The notes: generated by a model not told the origin, from the letters alone. Positions 30,079 to 39,671 are shown, numbered from the stretch's first letter. The stretch is 64,000 nt of DNA from an uncultured virus (IMG/VR IMGVR_UViG_3300025000_000001) (IMGVR_UViG_3300025000_000001), one strand, 5' to 3'. Made by a program: numbers and translations.

Positions 30079-30361
30079 ATGGTAAATGTTGATATCATGC
30101 GTTGGGCATCCTTTATCTTTTCTGTTTTTGGTTTGATTTTATGGGTGTATTGGGGGATAAAACGTAAGAAATATGAATTGGCGTTTGCTTTTTCATCTTT
30201 ATTTACTACACAATGTCTTATATTTAGGATTTATTTTATTTTTTCACCCCACTCACACTCTATATAATCAGTGGTCAGTAATATTGAGATTACATGGAAT
30301 TTTAGTTTTATTTTTGGTTGCAGGATGTTTAGTCATCGAAAAGGAATATAAAAATCTATGA
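30079..30361 (+). CDS. Multi-TM holin-like protein, apparent +1 frameshift near 30190
   Basis: Overlapping ORFs 30079-30267 and 30173-30361 join into one 3-TM protein. Confidence 0.5.
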
Positions 30362-30825
30362 GTGTCGAAAATATTGCTGCCCTAGTTATATCTATCATAG
30401 CTGCCATAGGCAGCGCCATACCTATCATTATTCAAGTTCTAAAACATCGAAATGAAAATAAAATCCTTGATGCAGATGCAAAACTTAAAAAGCAAGAAGC
30501 AGATACAAAAAGAACTGAAAGCGACAGGCTTTTTGTTGAAACAGCAAAGGGGTTAATTGAACCCTTGAGACAACAAATAAAAGAACTAAAAGAAGAAAAC
30601 GTAAGAAAAGATATTGCGCTTTCTGAGTTGAAAGAACAGTTTTCTGCTTTGATGAAAAGAGTTGATGAACTTGAAAATTTGAATCAGGTAAAAGATGAAA
30701 CAATTGAAAAATTGAGTCATCAAGTTCGGTCTTTCGGTGAAGTTCCAATTCACGAAAGAGAAATAAAGAAAATTGACAGGTTTGAAGAACCAAAAAATGG
30801 AAACGGTAAAGAAAACGTCGGATGA
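30358..30825 (+). CDS. N-terminal TM plus coiled-coil protein (holin/antiholin-like)
   Basis: Hydrophobic N-terminus, heptad repeats. Confidence 0.65.
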   Translation: MSVENIAALVISIIAAIGSAIPIIIQVLKHRNENKILDADAKLKKQEADTKRTESDRLFVETAKGLIEPLRQQIKELKEENVRKDIALSELKEQFSALMKRVDELENLNQVKDETIEKLSHQVRSFGEVPIHEREIKKIDRFEEPKNGNGKENVG

Positions 30826-30929
30826 TTTGACTATCGCTTGACATGCGATATGTATTTCTGTATCTTACGCGACGTAAAATTGTATAAAAATAAGTTTCAC
30901 AGATGGCAATGAAATAAGGAGAAAATATT

Positions 30930-32132
30930 ATGACTTTAAGTACGTTGCAGAAAACTCAACTCAATAATATGAATGCCGCCGCGCAGCGAGCGGCTATGGG
31001 AACGCTGCTTGGCAATCTCGAAGCTGGAACTATTTCTGGCGTGACAGCGGGAGTTGTTACCGCAAACAAAACCATTGTTGCTGGGGCCAACAAGAACCTT
31101 GACACACTAGTCATTGCCGATGGCGGTTTCAAACTTGGTGCTGGCGCTGGTACGGCTGTTACCGCTACCGCCGCCGAACTGAATGTTTTGGACGCTGTGA
31201 GTGCCGGGGTTGCTTCTGCCAGCAAAGCCGTGGTGTTGGGGTCTGACAAGAACCTTGACACACTAGTCATTGCCGATGGCGGTTTCAAACTTGGTGCTGG
31301 CGCTGGTACGGCTGTTACCGCTACCGCCGCCGAACTGAATGTTTTGGACGGCGCTCCGTTAGGCGCTACCTTTGTGGTTGGCGTTGAGGGTGCAGATACA
31401 ATCAACGTTGGTGTTCAACTCGTTGACGGGAATTCTGCCGATTTAGCTGTGCGTGGCGCTGTCAAAGCCTATTTGAGCAATGATGCTAACGGCGACAGTT
31501 TGGCTACAACCGCTCCGTCTGGCGGAACTGCCATTGGTACGGACGGTCTTCTTATCGCTTCCGCTCCGACTCTGGGGAATTCTCTGGTCGTGGACGGAAA
31601 TCTGGCGATTGACGCAACTCCTGAGAAGTTCAAGACAACTCAGACCTCTGCCTTCTTAATTAATGGCGTAAGTCATACCAAAGCCGCAACGGTTGAACTC
31701 GTCTTCTCTGCCGCACACGTTGTTACTGCTACGAAATTCGGTGTGGTTCTGGTTCAGATAAATGCTGCCGGTACGGTTAGTACTAAGGTTCCTCTGTCTC
31801 CCCAGATTTACGATGATGCCCCAACCGCTTTGGCTGCTCTTCCCGCTGTTGACGCGGGGAACGTGTCTTTGGGTTACATTGCTATCGCCGCTGGGGTTGC
31901 GGATTGGACTGCTAACACCAGTGACATGACCGATGGTAGTGATCTGACCACTGCCTCATTCAATGATAGCACAGAAGTTGCCATTGGTGCTGCCAAGTCC
32001 TTTGAATTGGTTAGTGAGTCTGACGGCGATATTGACATCGACATTGTTGAATCGGGTGTGGCTACGTGGTATCTCGTTTTGGTTATGCCAAGCGGCAAGT
32101 TGGTTGCCAGTACCGCCATTACGTTTGCGTAA
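30930..32132 (+). CDS. Putative head fibre/decoration protein
   Basis: VTATAAELNVLDG repeats; A/G/T/V-rich. Confidence 0.65.
   Translation: MTLSTLQKTQLNNMNAAAQRAAMGTLLGNLEAGTISGVTAGVVTANKTIVAGANKNLDTLVIADGGFKLGAGAGTAVTATAAELNVLDAVSAGVASASKAVVLGSDKNLDTLVIADGGFKLGAGAGTAVTATAAELNVLDGAPLGATFVVGVEGADTINVGVQLVDGNSADLAVRGAVKAYLSNDANGDSLATTAPSGGTAIGTDGLLIASAPTLGNSLVVDGNLAIDATPEKFKTTQTSAFLINGVSHTKAATVELVFSAAHVVTATKFGVVLVQINAAGTVSTKVPLSPQIYDDAPTALAALPAVDAGNVSLGYIAIAAGVADWTANTSDMTDGSDLTTASFNDSTEVAIGAAKSFELVSESDGDIDIDIVESGVATWYLVLVMPSGKLVASTAITFA
31090..31350 (+). repeat. Exact 105-bp direct repeat, 156-bp period
   Basis: 31090-31194 identical to 31246-31350. Confidence 0.9.
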
Positions 32133-32176
32133 TTGGATTAGTTGATAAAAATGGAGTCTTGCGCTATGTCTAAAAG

Positions 32177-32305
32177 GTGGCGCGAGACTCCATCAAAACT
32201 CAACACCGTATCGACAACAACATAAAATTAATTCGAATCCCTTATACAGAATTCGATAACATCGAACAAATTCTCTATGAAGAACTGTTCGGAAAGGAGG
32301 TGTGA
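32177..32305 (+). pseudogene. C-terminal remnant of a Vsr/DUF559-like homing endonuclease
   Basis: RDSIKTQHRIDNNIKLIRIPYTEFDNIEQILYEELFG matches the C-termini of 32800-33765 and 35869-36783. Confidence 0.75.
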
Positions 32306-32783
32306 TATCAAATTATCACAAGAATTATGTGACTCTTTTTGTAATCAAATGGCTTCAGAGATGGGTAATTTTTACAAGTATACAACTATTCAATCTTACT
32401 TTGAAAACTTACAGTTAAAAAACTTAGCTAAACATTTTAAATCTCAAGCCGATGAAGAAATGAGTCATTACGAGAAAATTTTAGATTACATAAATTCTCG
32501 CGTAGATGGTCAGTATCACTACATTGAGGTTGAACAACCTGAAATCAAAATTAATTCACTTGATGATGTTGGCAGAATTTATCTGGAAACAGAACAAGCT
32601 ACAACAGAATCAATTGAAGATATTTATGGATTGGCTTTAGAAAGTAGATCATTTATTGACCTGCCTTTTATTTCCGAACTGCTTTCATACCAAGTTTTGG
32701 AAGAGCGCGAATCTGAAGAATTTGTGAAAAGATTGACTTCTGTCTCAGACATAATCGTTTTCGATCTAATCATGGGTTCTTAG
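32277..32783 (+). CDS. Ferritin (non-haem, FtnA-like); true start may be ATC 32307
   Basis: E..N...Y, QADEEMSH, EQATTESI, YQVLEE ferroxidase pattern. Confidence 0.85.
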   Translation: MKNCSERRCDIKLSQELCDSFCNQMASEMGNFYKYTTIQSYFENLQLKNLAKHFKSQADEEMSHYEKILDYINSRVDGQYHYIEVEQPEIKINSLDDVGRIYLETEQATTESIEDIYGLALESRSFIDLPFISELLSYQVLEERESEEFVKRLTSVSDIIVFDLIMGS

Positions 32784-32799
32784 TTTATGGTGTTATAAA

Positions 32800-33765
32800 A
32801 TGACAAGAATTGCGTATAATAGAAAGCCGTATCAAGAAGCAGTATTCTTCCTGGAATCAAACGGATATACTCTTATTACAAAAGAAGATGAGTATGCCGG
32901 ATTTGGCTCTCCCGTGTACATATCTGATGTAAACGGATATATTAGTTATACTACTTGTAGCAAGTTCTGGTCTGCGATAAAACGCAATAATATACCAGAA
33001 AAATTTAATAAGGATAATCCGTTTGCATTGTACAACATTGAAAAATGGCTTAAGGAATTTAAAGGTTCGATTTCTTTGAAATCTACGGAATATCTTGGAG
33101 CAAGAGAAAAACTGATGTTTTTCTGTAGCGTTTGTTCTAATGAATTCGATGCCTCTTGGGACACGATGTATGCCAACAAGAAGGGCTGCCCGTATTGTGC
33201 AGGAAAGAGAGTTTCTCCGAACAGGTCGTTTGCTTCGGTTCACTCGGAACTATTGCAAGAATGGGATTATGAAAAGAATAGTAAGAGTCCAGAGGAGTAT
33301 TCCCCCGGAAGTGGAAGGACTGTTTGGTGGAAATGTAATTCTTGTGGACATTCTTGGAAGTGCGACATAAACGTAAGGGTTTATAATTTGGGAAGTGGCT
33401 GTCCTGTGTGCGCCTCCACGTCACGCGGGGAAAATATTGTTTCGAGATTTCTTTTACGCAATAATGTTGAGTTTGAAACTCATAAGTCTATTCTGGGATG
33501 CAAAAGCATAAGGCATTTACCGTTTGACTTTATATTGGGTAGCGGAAACTTTTGTATTGAATATCATGGAATACAGCATTATAAGCCAGTTGACTTCGGA
33601 GGAAAAGGATTTGAACACTCAATTAACTTTTTCAATGATTTAAAAGTTAGAGACTCTATAAAAATAAATTTTTGTTTAGAAAACAATATTAGGTTATTGA
33701 TTATTCCATATTGGGAAATTAAGAATATTGATAAAATATTAATGAAAGAGATTTTTGGAGGTTGA
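32800..33765 (+). CDS. Free-standing putative homing endonuclease (Zn ribbons plus PD-(D/E)xK/Vsr-like domain)
   Basis: GCPYC, EWDYEKN, VWWKC, SRGE, LPFDF, IEYHGIQHY, IIPYW. Confidence 0.85.
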   Translation: MTRIAYNRKPYQEAVFFLESNGYTLITKEDEYAGFGSPVYISDVNGYISYTTCSKFWSAIKRNNIPEKFNKDNPFALYNIEKWLKEFKGSISLKSTEYLGAREKLMFFCSVCSNEFDASWDTMYANKKGCPYCAGKRVSPNRSFASVHSELLQEWDYEKNSKSPEEYSPGSGRTVWWKCNSCGHSWKCDINVRVYNLGSGCPVCASTSRGENIVSRFLLRNNVEFETHKSILGCKSIRHLPFDFILGSGNFCIEYHGIQHYKPVDFGGKGFEHSINFFNDLKVRDSIKINFCLENNIRLLIIPYWEIKNIDKILMKEIFGG

Positions 33766-33975
33766 ATGCTAGTCAATCCTAAAATCATAGAAAACAAACT
33801 TGGTTTCTCAAAGATTATTGCAGACTGGTTACAAAAAGAGAATGTTCCATTATTAGGTATTGACGGTAATGTTTATTATTTTATGAATACCGCAACGCTA
33901 AAAGAATCTTTGAAAAGAATGCCAATTAAGTTGAAAATAAAAAGTGGTTTGATTAAATGGTTGGAAAAATTATAA
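33766..33975 (+). CDS. Small hypothetical protein (DUF5659-like)
   Basis: SD GGAGG; short basic ORF. Confidence 0.6.
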   Translation: MLVNPKIIENKLGFSKIIADWLQKENVPLLGIDGNVYYFMNTATLKESLKRMPIKLKIKSGLIKWLEKL

Positions 33976-33991
33976 GAAAGGAGGTGGATTA

Positions 33992-35626
33992 TTGAATAAG
34001 CACATTAACTTTGAGGTTGAAAGTGCAGACATCATTGAAGAAAATCCAAACTCCCAATTTGCTACTGCGAGAATTTTAGCGTTTAGTTCGTCTCTAAATA
34101 GGCATGATATGAGTTGCTCGGAAGAAGTGTTGAAAAATACTGCTTCAACAATTTATAATAAACCAGTTTTGTATGTTTATGATGCTAGGTTTGATGACCT
34201 AAGTTCTCATGCTGACAAACCTGAGAAATCTTCTATTGCCGGATTTGTTGAACCAAACAGCGCAGAATTTATCAGGGAAGAAAATGGCGGAAGACTGCAA
34301 TTGGTGGTCTTGACTAAAATTTGGAAAAGATATGCCCCTAAAGTTGTAGAATTGTTTCGTTTTTCTGGGGGAAGAAAGAAAGTCAGCGTTGAGATGGAAT
34401 TGATAGAGGCTAAAGAAAGACCTGATGGAATTCTGGAAATGCTAAATTTTGCCTATACTGGCGTCTGTATTTTGGGGGATTTGGTGACTGAAGCCTCAAT
34501 GGGAGCTCACATGCAAATGTTGTCATTCTCTGAGGCCGATAAAGAATATTTAGAAGCATATAAAGCCGAATTCTCATCTCGTTATGATGATATTGATTTT
34601 ACTATTCCTGAAGAAGTAAAGTCAAATACTAAAATGGGTTTGGACTTGCATAAGAAAAAAGGTACAGGTGCAACATCTGTAGCTTTAGCAAATGCACGTT
34701 TTATATCTGGAAAAGATAAAATCACACCAGATAAACTAAGACATACAGCAAAATACCTATCTAGGAAAAGCAAAGAAGATCATAATGATCAAGATTCTAA
34801 TAGTTATGTTTCTTGGATGCTTTATGGTGGTGATGCTGGTTATAGATGGGCTTCATCCTTAGTTGCTAAGATGGATGAATTGGATCAACAGAGGGTGAAT
34901 TATTTTGCAAAGGAGGAAAAAAACATGGATGAAAAAGAAAAGGAAGAATTGAAAAAGGAAGAGGAAATGTCTGCGGTGGCATCTGCGGTCACACCTATGG
35001 CCGCTGAAGAAACTCCTGAAACTCCCAAAGAAGAACCGAAGAAAGAATCTGAGGAAGAAGAAAAACCAAAGGAATTTTCTTTGGACGCTTATCTCGATGT
35101 GGCTGCTGCTTTAGCGTTTTTAGAAGCTGAAACCGAATCCAATGAAGAAATGGTCGGAATGGCTGTTTCAGAATTAAAGAAAGAAGAAGGTAAAGAATTT
35201 GCTAAGGTCGCTGGTGCTATGTTCGCTGTTGCGATGAAGTATGCTTCTAAGGCGAAGGAATTTGAATGTAAGATGTCTGAGTTTTCTGCTAAAATGGCTG
35301 AAAATGAAGAAAAGATGAATTCGTATATGGCTGAGAATGAAAACCTTAAGAAATTTAAGGCTGATGTTGAAGCTAGTCAATTCCAGTTTGAAGTTGAAAC
35401 TACTTTGAAAGAAGTTGAAAATGCTGTTGAAATGCCTAAAGAAGAAATGGCTGCTTTGAGAGAAAAAGCTGCTGAATTCTCGCTTCTGACTCTTGACGCG
35501 TATAAAAACATGGTTAGAGCAAAGGCATTTACTTTTGCTGCTAAAGGTAAGAGTTCTAATGAAGTTAGAATTGGTTTACCGTTTACTAATGTTGATAAAC
35601 CCACAAAGAAAAGTTTGTGGGAATAG
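33992..35626 (+). CDS. Prohead protease/scaffold protein
   Basis: NRH, KKVSVEMEL, YTGVCILG; acidic coiled-coil C-terminal half; precedes capsid genes. Confidence 0.8.
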   Translation: MNKHINFEVESADIIEENPNSQFATARILAFSSSLNRHDMSCSEEVLKNTASTIYNKPVLYVYDARFDDLSSHADKPEKSSIAGFVEPNSAEFIREENGGRLQLVVLTKIWKRYAPKVVELFRFSGGRKKVSVEMELIEAKERPDGILEMLNFAYTGVCILGDLVTEASMGAHMQMLSFSEADKEYLEAYKAEFSSRYDDIDFTIPEEVKSNTKMGLDLHKKKGTGATSVALANARFISGKDKITPDKLRHTAKYLSRKSKEDHNDQDSNSYVSWMLYGGDAGYRWASSLVAKMDELDQQRVNYFAKEEKNMDEKEKEELKKEEEMSAVASAVTPMAAEETPETPKEEPKKESEEEEKPKEFSLDAYLDVAAALAFLEAETESNEEMVGMAVSELKKEEGKEFAKVAGAMFAVAMKYASKAKEFECKMSEFSAKMAENEEKMNSYMAENENLKKFKADVEASQFQFEVETTLKEVENAVEMPKEEMAALREKAAEFSLLTLDAYKNMVRAKAFTFAAKGKSSNEVRIGLPFTNVDKPTKKSLWE

Positions 35627-35653
35627 AGTGAACTAATTATATAAAGGTGAGAC

Positions 35654-35872
35654 ATGGTTTCTGTTACGAAAAAATACTTCTTTTGCTATTCGTTTCGGTT
35701 AAAAGAATTTCTAACTGAAAAAACTATTCGTTTTGAATTTACTGGAAATAATCAAACTAACAATAAACCTTATTGGGTTTATATTAGAAATGATTATTTA
35801 GCAGATGCCTTAAGCGAATGGTCTAAATTGAATGGCGTTAAGACTAAATATAATGAGGAAGAAGGAATATGA
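35654..35872 (+). CDS. DUF5659-like small protein
   Basis: FFCYSFRLKEFL...N..TNKPYWVY pattern. Confidence 0.65.
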   Translation: MVSVTKKYFFCYSFRLKEFLTEKTIRFEFTGNNQTNNKPYWVYIRNDYLADALSEWSKLNGVKTKYNEEEGI

Positions 35873-36783
35873 GGAAACTAACAACTGAAGAAGTTAGAAA
35901 CATGGTCTTAGAAATGGGCTACGATATGGTCGGAGAATATACTGGGAGAAGAAACCCTATTGAAATTATATGTAAGTGTGGAAACCACTATTTTCCACAG
36001 GCAGGAAATTTCATATACGGAAAGTCCCTTCGCTGTGATGAATGTGGCAGAAAAAATGTTTCGAAAAGATTTTTGCAAACATACGAAGAGGTTTTTGGAT
36101 ATGTAGAAGATAATGGGAACGGAGATGTTCTATTGTCGGAAAAATATTCTGGAAATGGAAAAATAGAAATTCTTTGCGGAGTATGCGGAAAGAATTATAA
36201 AATACTATTCTCGTCGTTCAAATTGGGTCACAGGTGTTCTCATTGCGGAATAGCGTCTAGGACAAGGAAAAGTAGACTTTCCGCCGAAGAAATATGGTCT
36301 GACCTAAGTAGGCGAGGTTTGATTTTTGTTAACTACCAAACCTACGATGACGTAGATTGGCCCAAAATGACTGTTTCTTGCTCAATTTGCTCGTATACAT
36401 GGGAAACGACTTGGTTGTTTATTCGAGGCAATAGTGCGTGCGGAATGTGCAATCGTTCCCGCGGTGAAAGAAAAATAGAAAATTTTTTAATTGAGAATAA
36501 TATATTTTTTCTTCCTCAACATAAATTTGATGATTGCAAGAACGTTCGAAGGTTGCTTTTTGATTTTTATTTACCGGAACATAATACGGGGATAGAGTTT
36601 AACGGAATGCAACACTATGAAGAAAATGAGTTTTTTGGAGGAACGAAAGGATTCCAAGAAACTATTTTTAGAGACAAAATAAAAGAAGAATATTGTCTTT
36701 CTCAAGGAATAAACCTGTTGGTTATTCCTTATTGGGAAAAAGACAATATTGAACAAATTTTAACAAACTATTTATTTTCTTAG
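35869..36783 (+). CDS. Free-standing putative homing endonuclease
   Basis: Multiple CxxC; SRGE, LLFDFYL, IEFNGMQHY, VIPYW. Confidence 0.85.
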   Translation: MRKLTTEEVRNMVLEMGYDMVGEYTGRRNPIEIICKCGNHYFPQAGNFIYGKSLRCDECGRKNVSKRFLQTYEEVFGYVEDNGNGDVLLSEKYSGNGKIEILCGVCGKNYKILFSSFKLGHRCSHCGIASRTRKSRLSAEEIWSDLSRRGLIFVNYQTYDDVDWPKMTVSCSICSYTWETTWLFIRGNSACGMCNRSRGERKIENFLIENNIFFLPQHKFDDCKNVRRLLFDFYLPEHNTGIEFNGMQHYEENEFFGGTKGFQETIFRDKIKEEYCLSQGINLLVIPYWEKDNIEQILTNYLFS

Positions 36784-36795
36784 GAGGAAAACATT

Positions 36796-37341
36796 ATGTC
36801 CTATGGCGTACTAATCCCGAATCGTGTTGCGAGTATGAATGTTGATTCGTATAATCGCTCTGCGGTTTCTGCTTCTGATCTTGAAAACGGTATGGTCGTT
36901 GCTCTGACCAGCGGAAAATCTGCTACTGCCGGTGAAACCGAACTCTGGACTGCTGTCCAGCCCGCTACGGCAAACCTGGCTTCTGGTCTTTGGATGATTT
37001 ATTCACCAGAACTTGTTCTAACAATTTCTGGTTCGGCACAGTTCTCTGGTATCGACCCGAATCCGCAAAATTTTATCAATAAGGCGACTCGTCCTTTTGA
37101 CATTTTTAAACTTCAGGTTGGCGATATTTTTACCATTACTGGTGATGTTATTACTGGAACCAAGTCAACCAACACCTATATTGTCGCAACCGATTCGGAC
37201 TACCAATTGAATTGGGCTGCTGCTGCCATTTCCGGATTATCCTGCAAACTGCTTGGCACAACCTACATTTCCATTCCTGATGGTGGCGTTAATTCTGGCA
37301 GAGTAACGGCCTATCAGTTTGAAGTTGTCGCTCTGGCTTAA
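36796..37341 (+). CDS. Capsid decoration/stabilising protein
   Basis: DLENGMVV motif; directly upstream of major capsid gene. Confidence 0.7.
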   Translation: MSYGVLIPNRVASMNVDSYNRSAVSASDLENGMVVALTSGKSATAGETELWTAVQPATANLASGLWMIYSPELVLTISGSAQFSGIDPNPQNFINKATRPFDIFKLQVGDIFTITGDVITGTKSTNTYIVATDSDYQLNWAAAAISGLSCKLLGTTYISIPDGGVNSGRVTAYQFEVVALA

Positions 37342-37375
37342 TTATCAAAAAAAACTAAATTAGGAGGAATATTTT

Positions 37376-38479
37376 ATGACTAAAGTTACTGATGGTCTTA
37401 TTAAATTTGCTGGTGGCGAAGCCAATCTTGGCGTGTACAAGATGTTCGCTGATTACTGGAATCACTATCGCTCTCTAAACGGCTCTAAAGGTGTTGAGTT
37501 TGATAACACCATTTCTTTTTCCGAGAAAGAAGACAAGATGAACGCCGCTCTTCGCAAGGAAATTCTACGCGTTTCTGGGCAAAACCTGGTCGAATTACCC
37601 CTAGAACACTGGGCGTCTAACCCGATGGTGAAGTGGGCAAGTTTCGCGGTTACAAATATGCTCATAGATTTTGTTCTTCCGAGTTCGATCATCGACTCGA
37701 TTGGGGCATACACTGACGTTAGAACTATTGGATGGGGCGATTCTGCGGCGTTCGAAGTTAAAAGCAGAGACTTATTTACAGTTAGCAAGGCTGGTCGCGG
37801 TCAGCGTTCAACGGAATTACACAAACAGTACGCTGGACTTGTCACGGTAGTTCCGGTTATGAGAGAACTTTCTGTGTTTGTGTCTTTGTATCGCGTTTTG
37901 GCGGGGAAGGAATCTCTGGCTGAATTTGTTGCCAAAGCCGTTCGCTCTCTGGAAACCGCCGTTACTGTTGACGTGTATAATTTGATGAGTACAACCATGA
38001 ATGCCCTGGTGAACACTCCCGCCGCCGCAGCCCTGCGCGTTAGCGGATACACTCAGGCCGACTTGATTTCTTTGGCGCAGAAGGTTCAGGCATGGAATGG
38101 CGGCGCTGAAGCCGTCATTGTTGGTACGAAAGCAGCTTTGGGAAATATTGTCCCATTAGACCCAAACTATCGTTATGATCTCGTAGATAGTCCTTATGTC
38201 AAGATGGGCTATGTCCCAACGGCCTTCGGTTATTCGATGCTAATGCTCCCGCAGGTTGCCGATTGGGAAACCCCCTTCCAACTAAAATTGGCCGATGATC
38301 GCGTTTGGCTTCTTTCTCCTTCTTCGCAGAAGATTGTGAAGTTGGTTCTGGAAGGCGCTACCATGAGTAACACCACGGACGTTTATCAAAACGCTAACCT
38401 CACTCAGACCAATACCATTTGGAAGTCTTTTGGAACCGCCGTAGCGACCAATGCCGTTGCCGCCACAATCGAACTGTAA
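37376..38479 (+). CDS. Major capsid protein
   Basis: 367 aa; synteny; VIVGTKAAL motif; strong SD; followed by hairpin. Confidence 0.82.
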   Translation: MTKVTDGLIKFAGGEANLGVYKMFADYWNHYRSLNGSKGVEFDNTISFSEKEDKMNAALRKEILRVSGQNLVELPLEHWASNPMVKWASFAVTNMLIDFVLPSSIIDSIGAYTDVRTIGWGDSAAFEVKSRDLFTVSKAGRGQRSTELHKQYAGLVTVVPVMRELSVFVSLYRVLAGKESLAEFVAKAVRSLETAVTVDVYNLMSTTMNALVNTPAAAALRVSGYTQADLISLAQKVQAWNGGAEAVIVGTKAALGNIVPLDPNYRYDLVDSPYVKMGYVPTAFGYSMLMLPQVADWETPFQLKLADDRVWLLSPSSQKIVKLVLEGATMSNTTDVYQNANLTQTNTIWKSFGTAVATNAVAATIEL

Positions 38480-38500
38480 TTTAAAATTACAATATTTTAC

Positions 38501-38528
38501 GAGTGAGGGTTGAAATATACCCTCACTC
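38501..38528 (+). terminator. Hairpin after capsid gene
   Basis: gagtgagggt-tgaaatat-accctcactc. Confidence 0.6.
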
Positions 38529-38556
38529 AAAATATATTCAACAATTAGAGGAGAAA

Positions 38557-39165
38557 ATGAACACTAAATCGGTTACAAAAGAAGCGGAATACGACGAATT
38601 AAAAGAAAGAGTTTCACAATTAGAATCTCTTTTGGCTCAATTCTCTGGAACTCCGCTGCCAAAAAATGAAAATGACTCCGTCAAGCCTGAAGACTATGTT
38701 CAAATTATGAGTCTGACAAATGATCGCCTCAATCTTTCAACTGAAGGTTTTGGAAAGGGAAAAAAATACACATTCACAAAATTTGGTGAAGTAAAAAGAA
38801 TTATCTACAAAGAAGTCGCTGACATCATAGAAAATCAACAGCACTTTCTTACTCGCGGGTTATTTTTTATTTTGGACAGAAGAATCATTAGGCTTCACGG
38901 CCTAGACGATCTCTATGCAACTCTTTTGACTAAAGATAAAATGGAGAGCATCATTTTCGGAGTAGGCAAATCGCAGGATTTAGTGGAACTCTATAAGTCT
39001 GCAAATGATCGTCAAAAAGAAATCATCAACGACATGATTGTTGAAAGAATCACGAAAAACGAAGACGTGGACTTAAATATTGTTGCTCAAATTTCTAGGA
39101 TTGCAAAAATTGATTTGGTTGCTAAGGCAGAAGAATCAAAAGAATATGCAAATCTGGCGGCATAA
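38557..39165 (+). CDS. Hypothetical head-module protein
   Basis: YTFTKFGE motif; synteny. Confidence 0.65.
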   Translation: MNTKSVTKEAEYDELKERVSQLESLLAQFSGTPLPKNENDSVKPEDYVQIMSLTNDRLNLSTEGFGKGKKYTFTKFGEVKRIIYKEVADIIENQQHFLTRGLFFILDRRIIRLHGLDDLYATLLTKDKMESIIFGVGKSQDLVELYKSANDRQKEIINDMIVERITKNEDVDLNIVAQISRIAKIDLVAKAEESKEYANLAA

Positions 39166-39201
39166 TTTAAAAACTAAAACTTAAAAAAAGGAGGTCTATA
39201 A

Positions 39202-39669
39202 ATGGCAGTGAATATAACAGACGTAATTGACCTCTTTATGACACAAATTGACGATTATCGTCTTACAGCATTATATCAAAGCAGTGAAACTGATTTTACG
39301 GTCTATCTAACTAGTTTCCTAAACTTTGCAATTGTAGAATTTACTCCAATTTGTACTCAGTCTTTAGTGTATGATGGTACTACAAAAAACTTCACCGATA
39401 CTCTGACATTAGAAAATCAAGTTATCTTGGCTCAACTAATGGTAAAATATTGGCTGAATAAAGAAGTACAAGATATTACGCAGATGTCCATACACATCCG
39501 CGACAAAGATTTTTCCATCCATAGTGAGGCCAACAACTTAAAAGAAAAATCAGCCTACCTAATGACTGTCAAAGAAAATCTTTCACAGATACTAAACGAT
39601 TATTCATATCGTAATCAAGATTGGAGTCTATGGATTAATCAATCATTCAATGGCTACACAGGGAGTTAA
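39202..39669 (+). CDS. Head-tail adaptor
   Basis: ILAQLM..YW, DKDF..HS.AN; synteny. Confidence 0.7.
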   Translation: MAVNITDVIDLFMTQIDDYRLTALYQSSETDFTVYLTSFLNFAIVEFTPICTQSLVYDGTTKNFTDTLTLENQVILAQLMVKYWLNKEVQDITQMSIHIRDKDFSIHSEANNLKEKSAYLMTVKENLSQILNDYSYRNQDWSLWINQSFNGYTGS

Positions 39670-39671
39670 AT

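Noticed and set aside
30838..30872. Sigma70 promoter TTGACA...TATCTT before gene 30930
   Set aside because: Weak -10 and ambiguous spacing; not enough support
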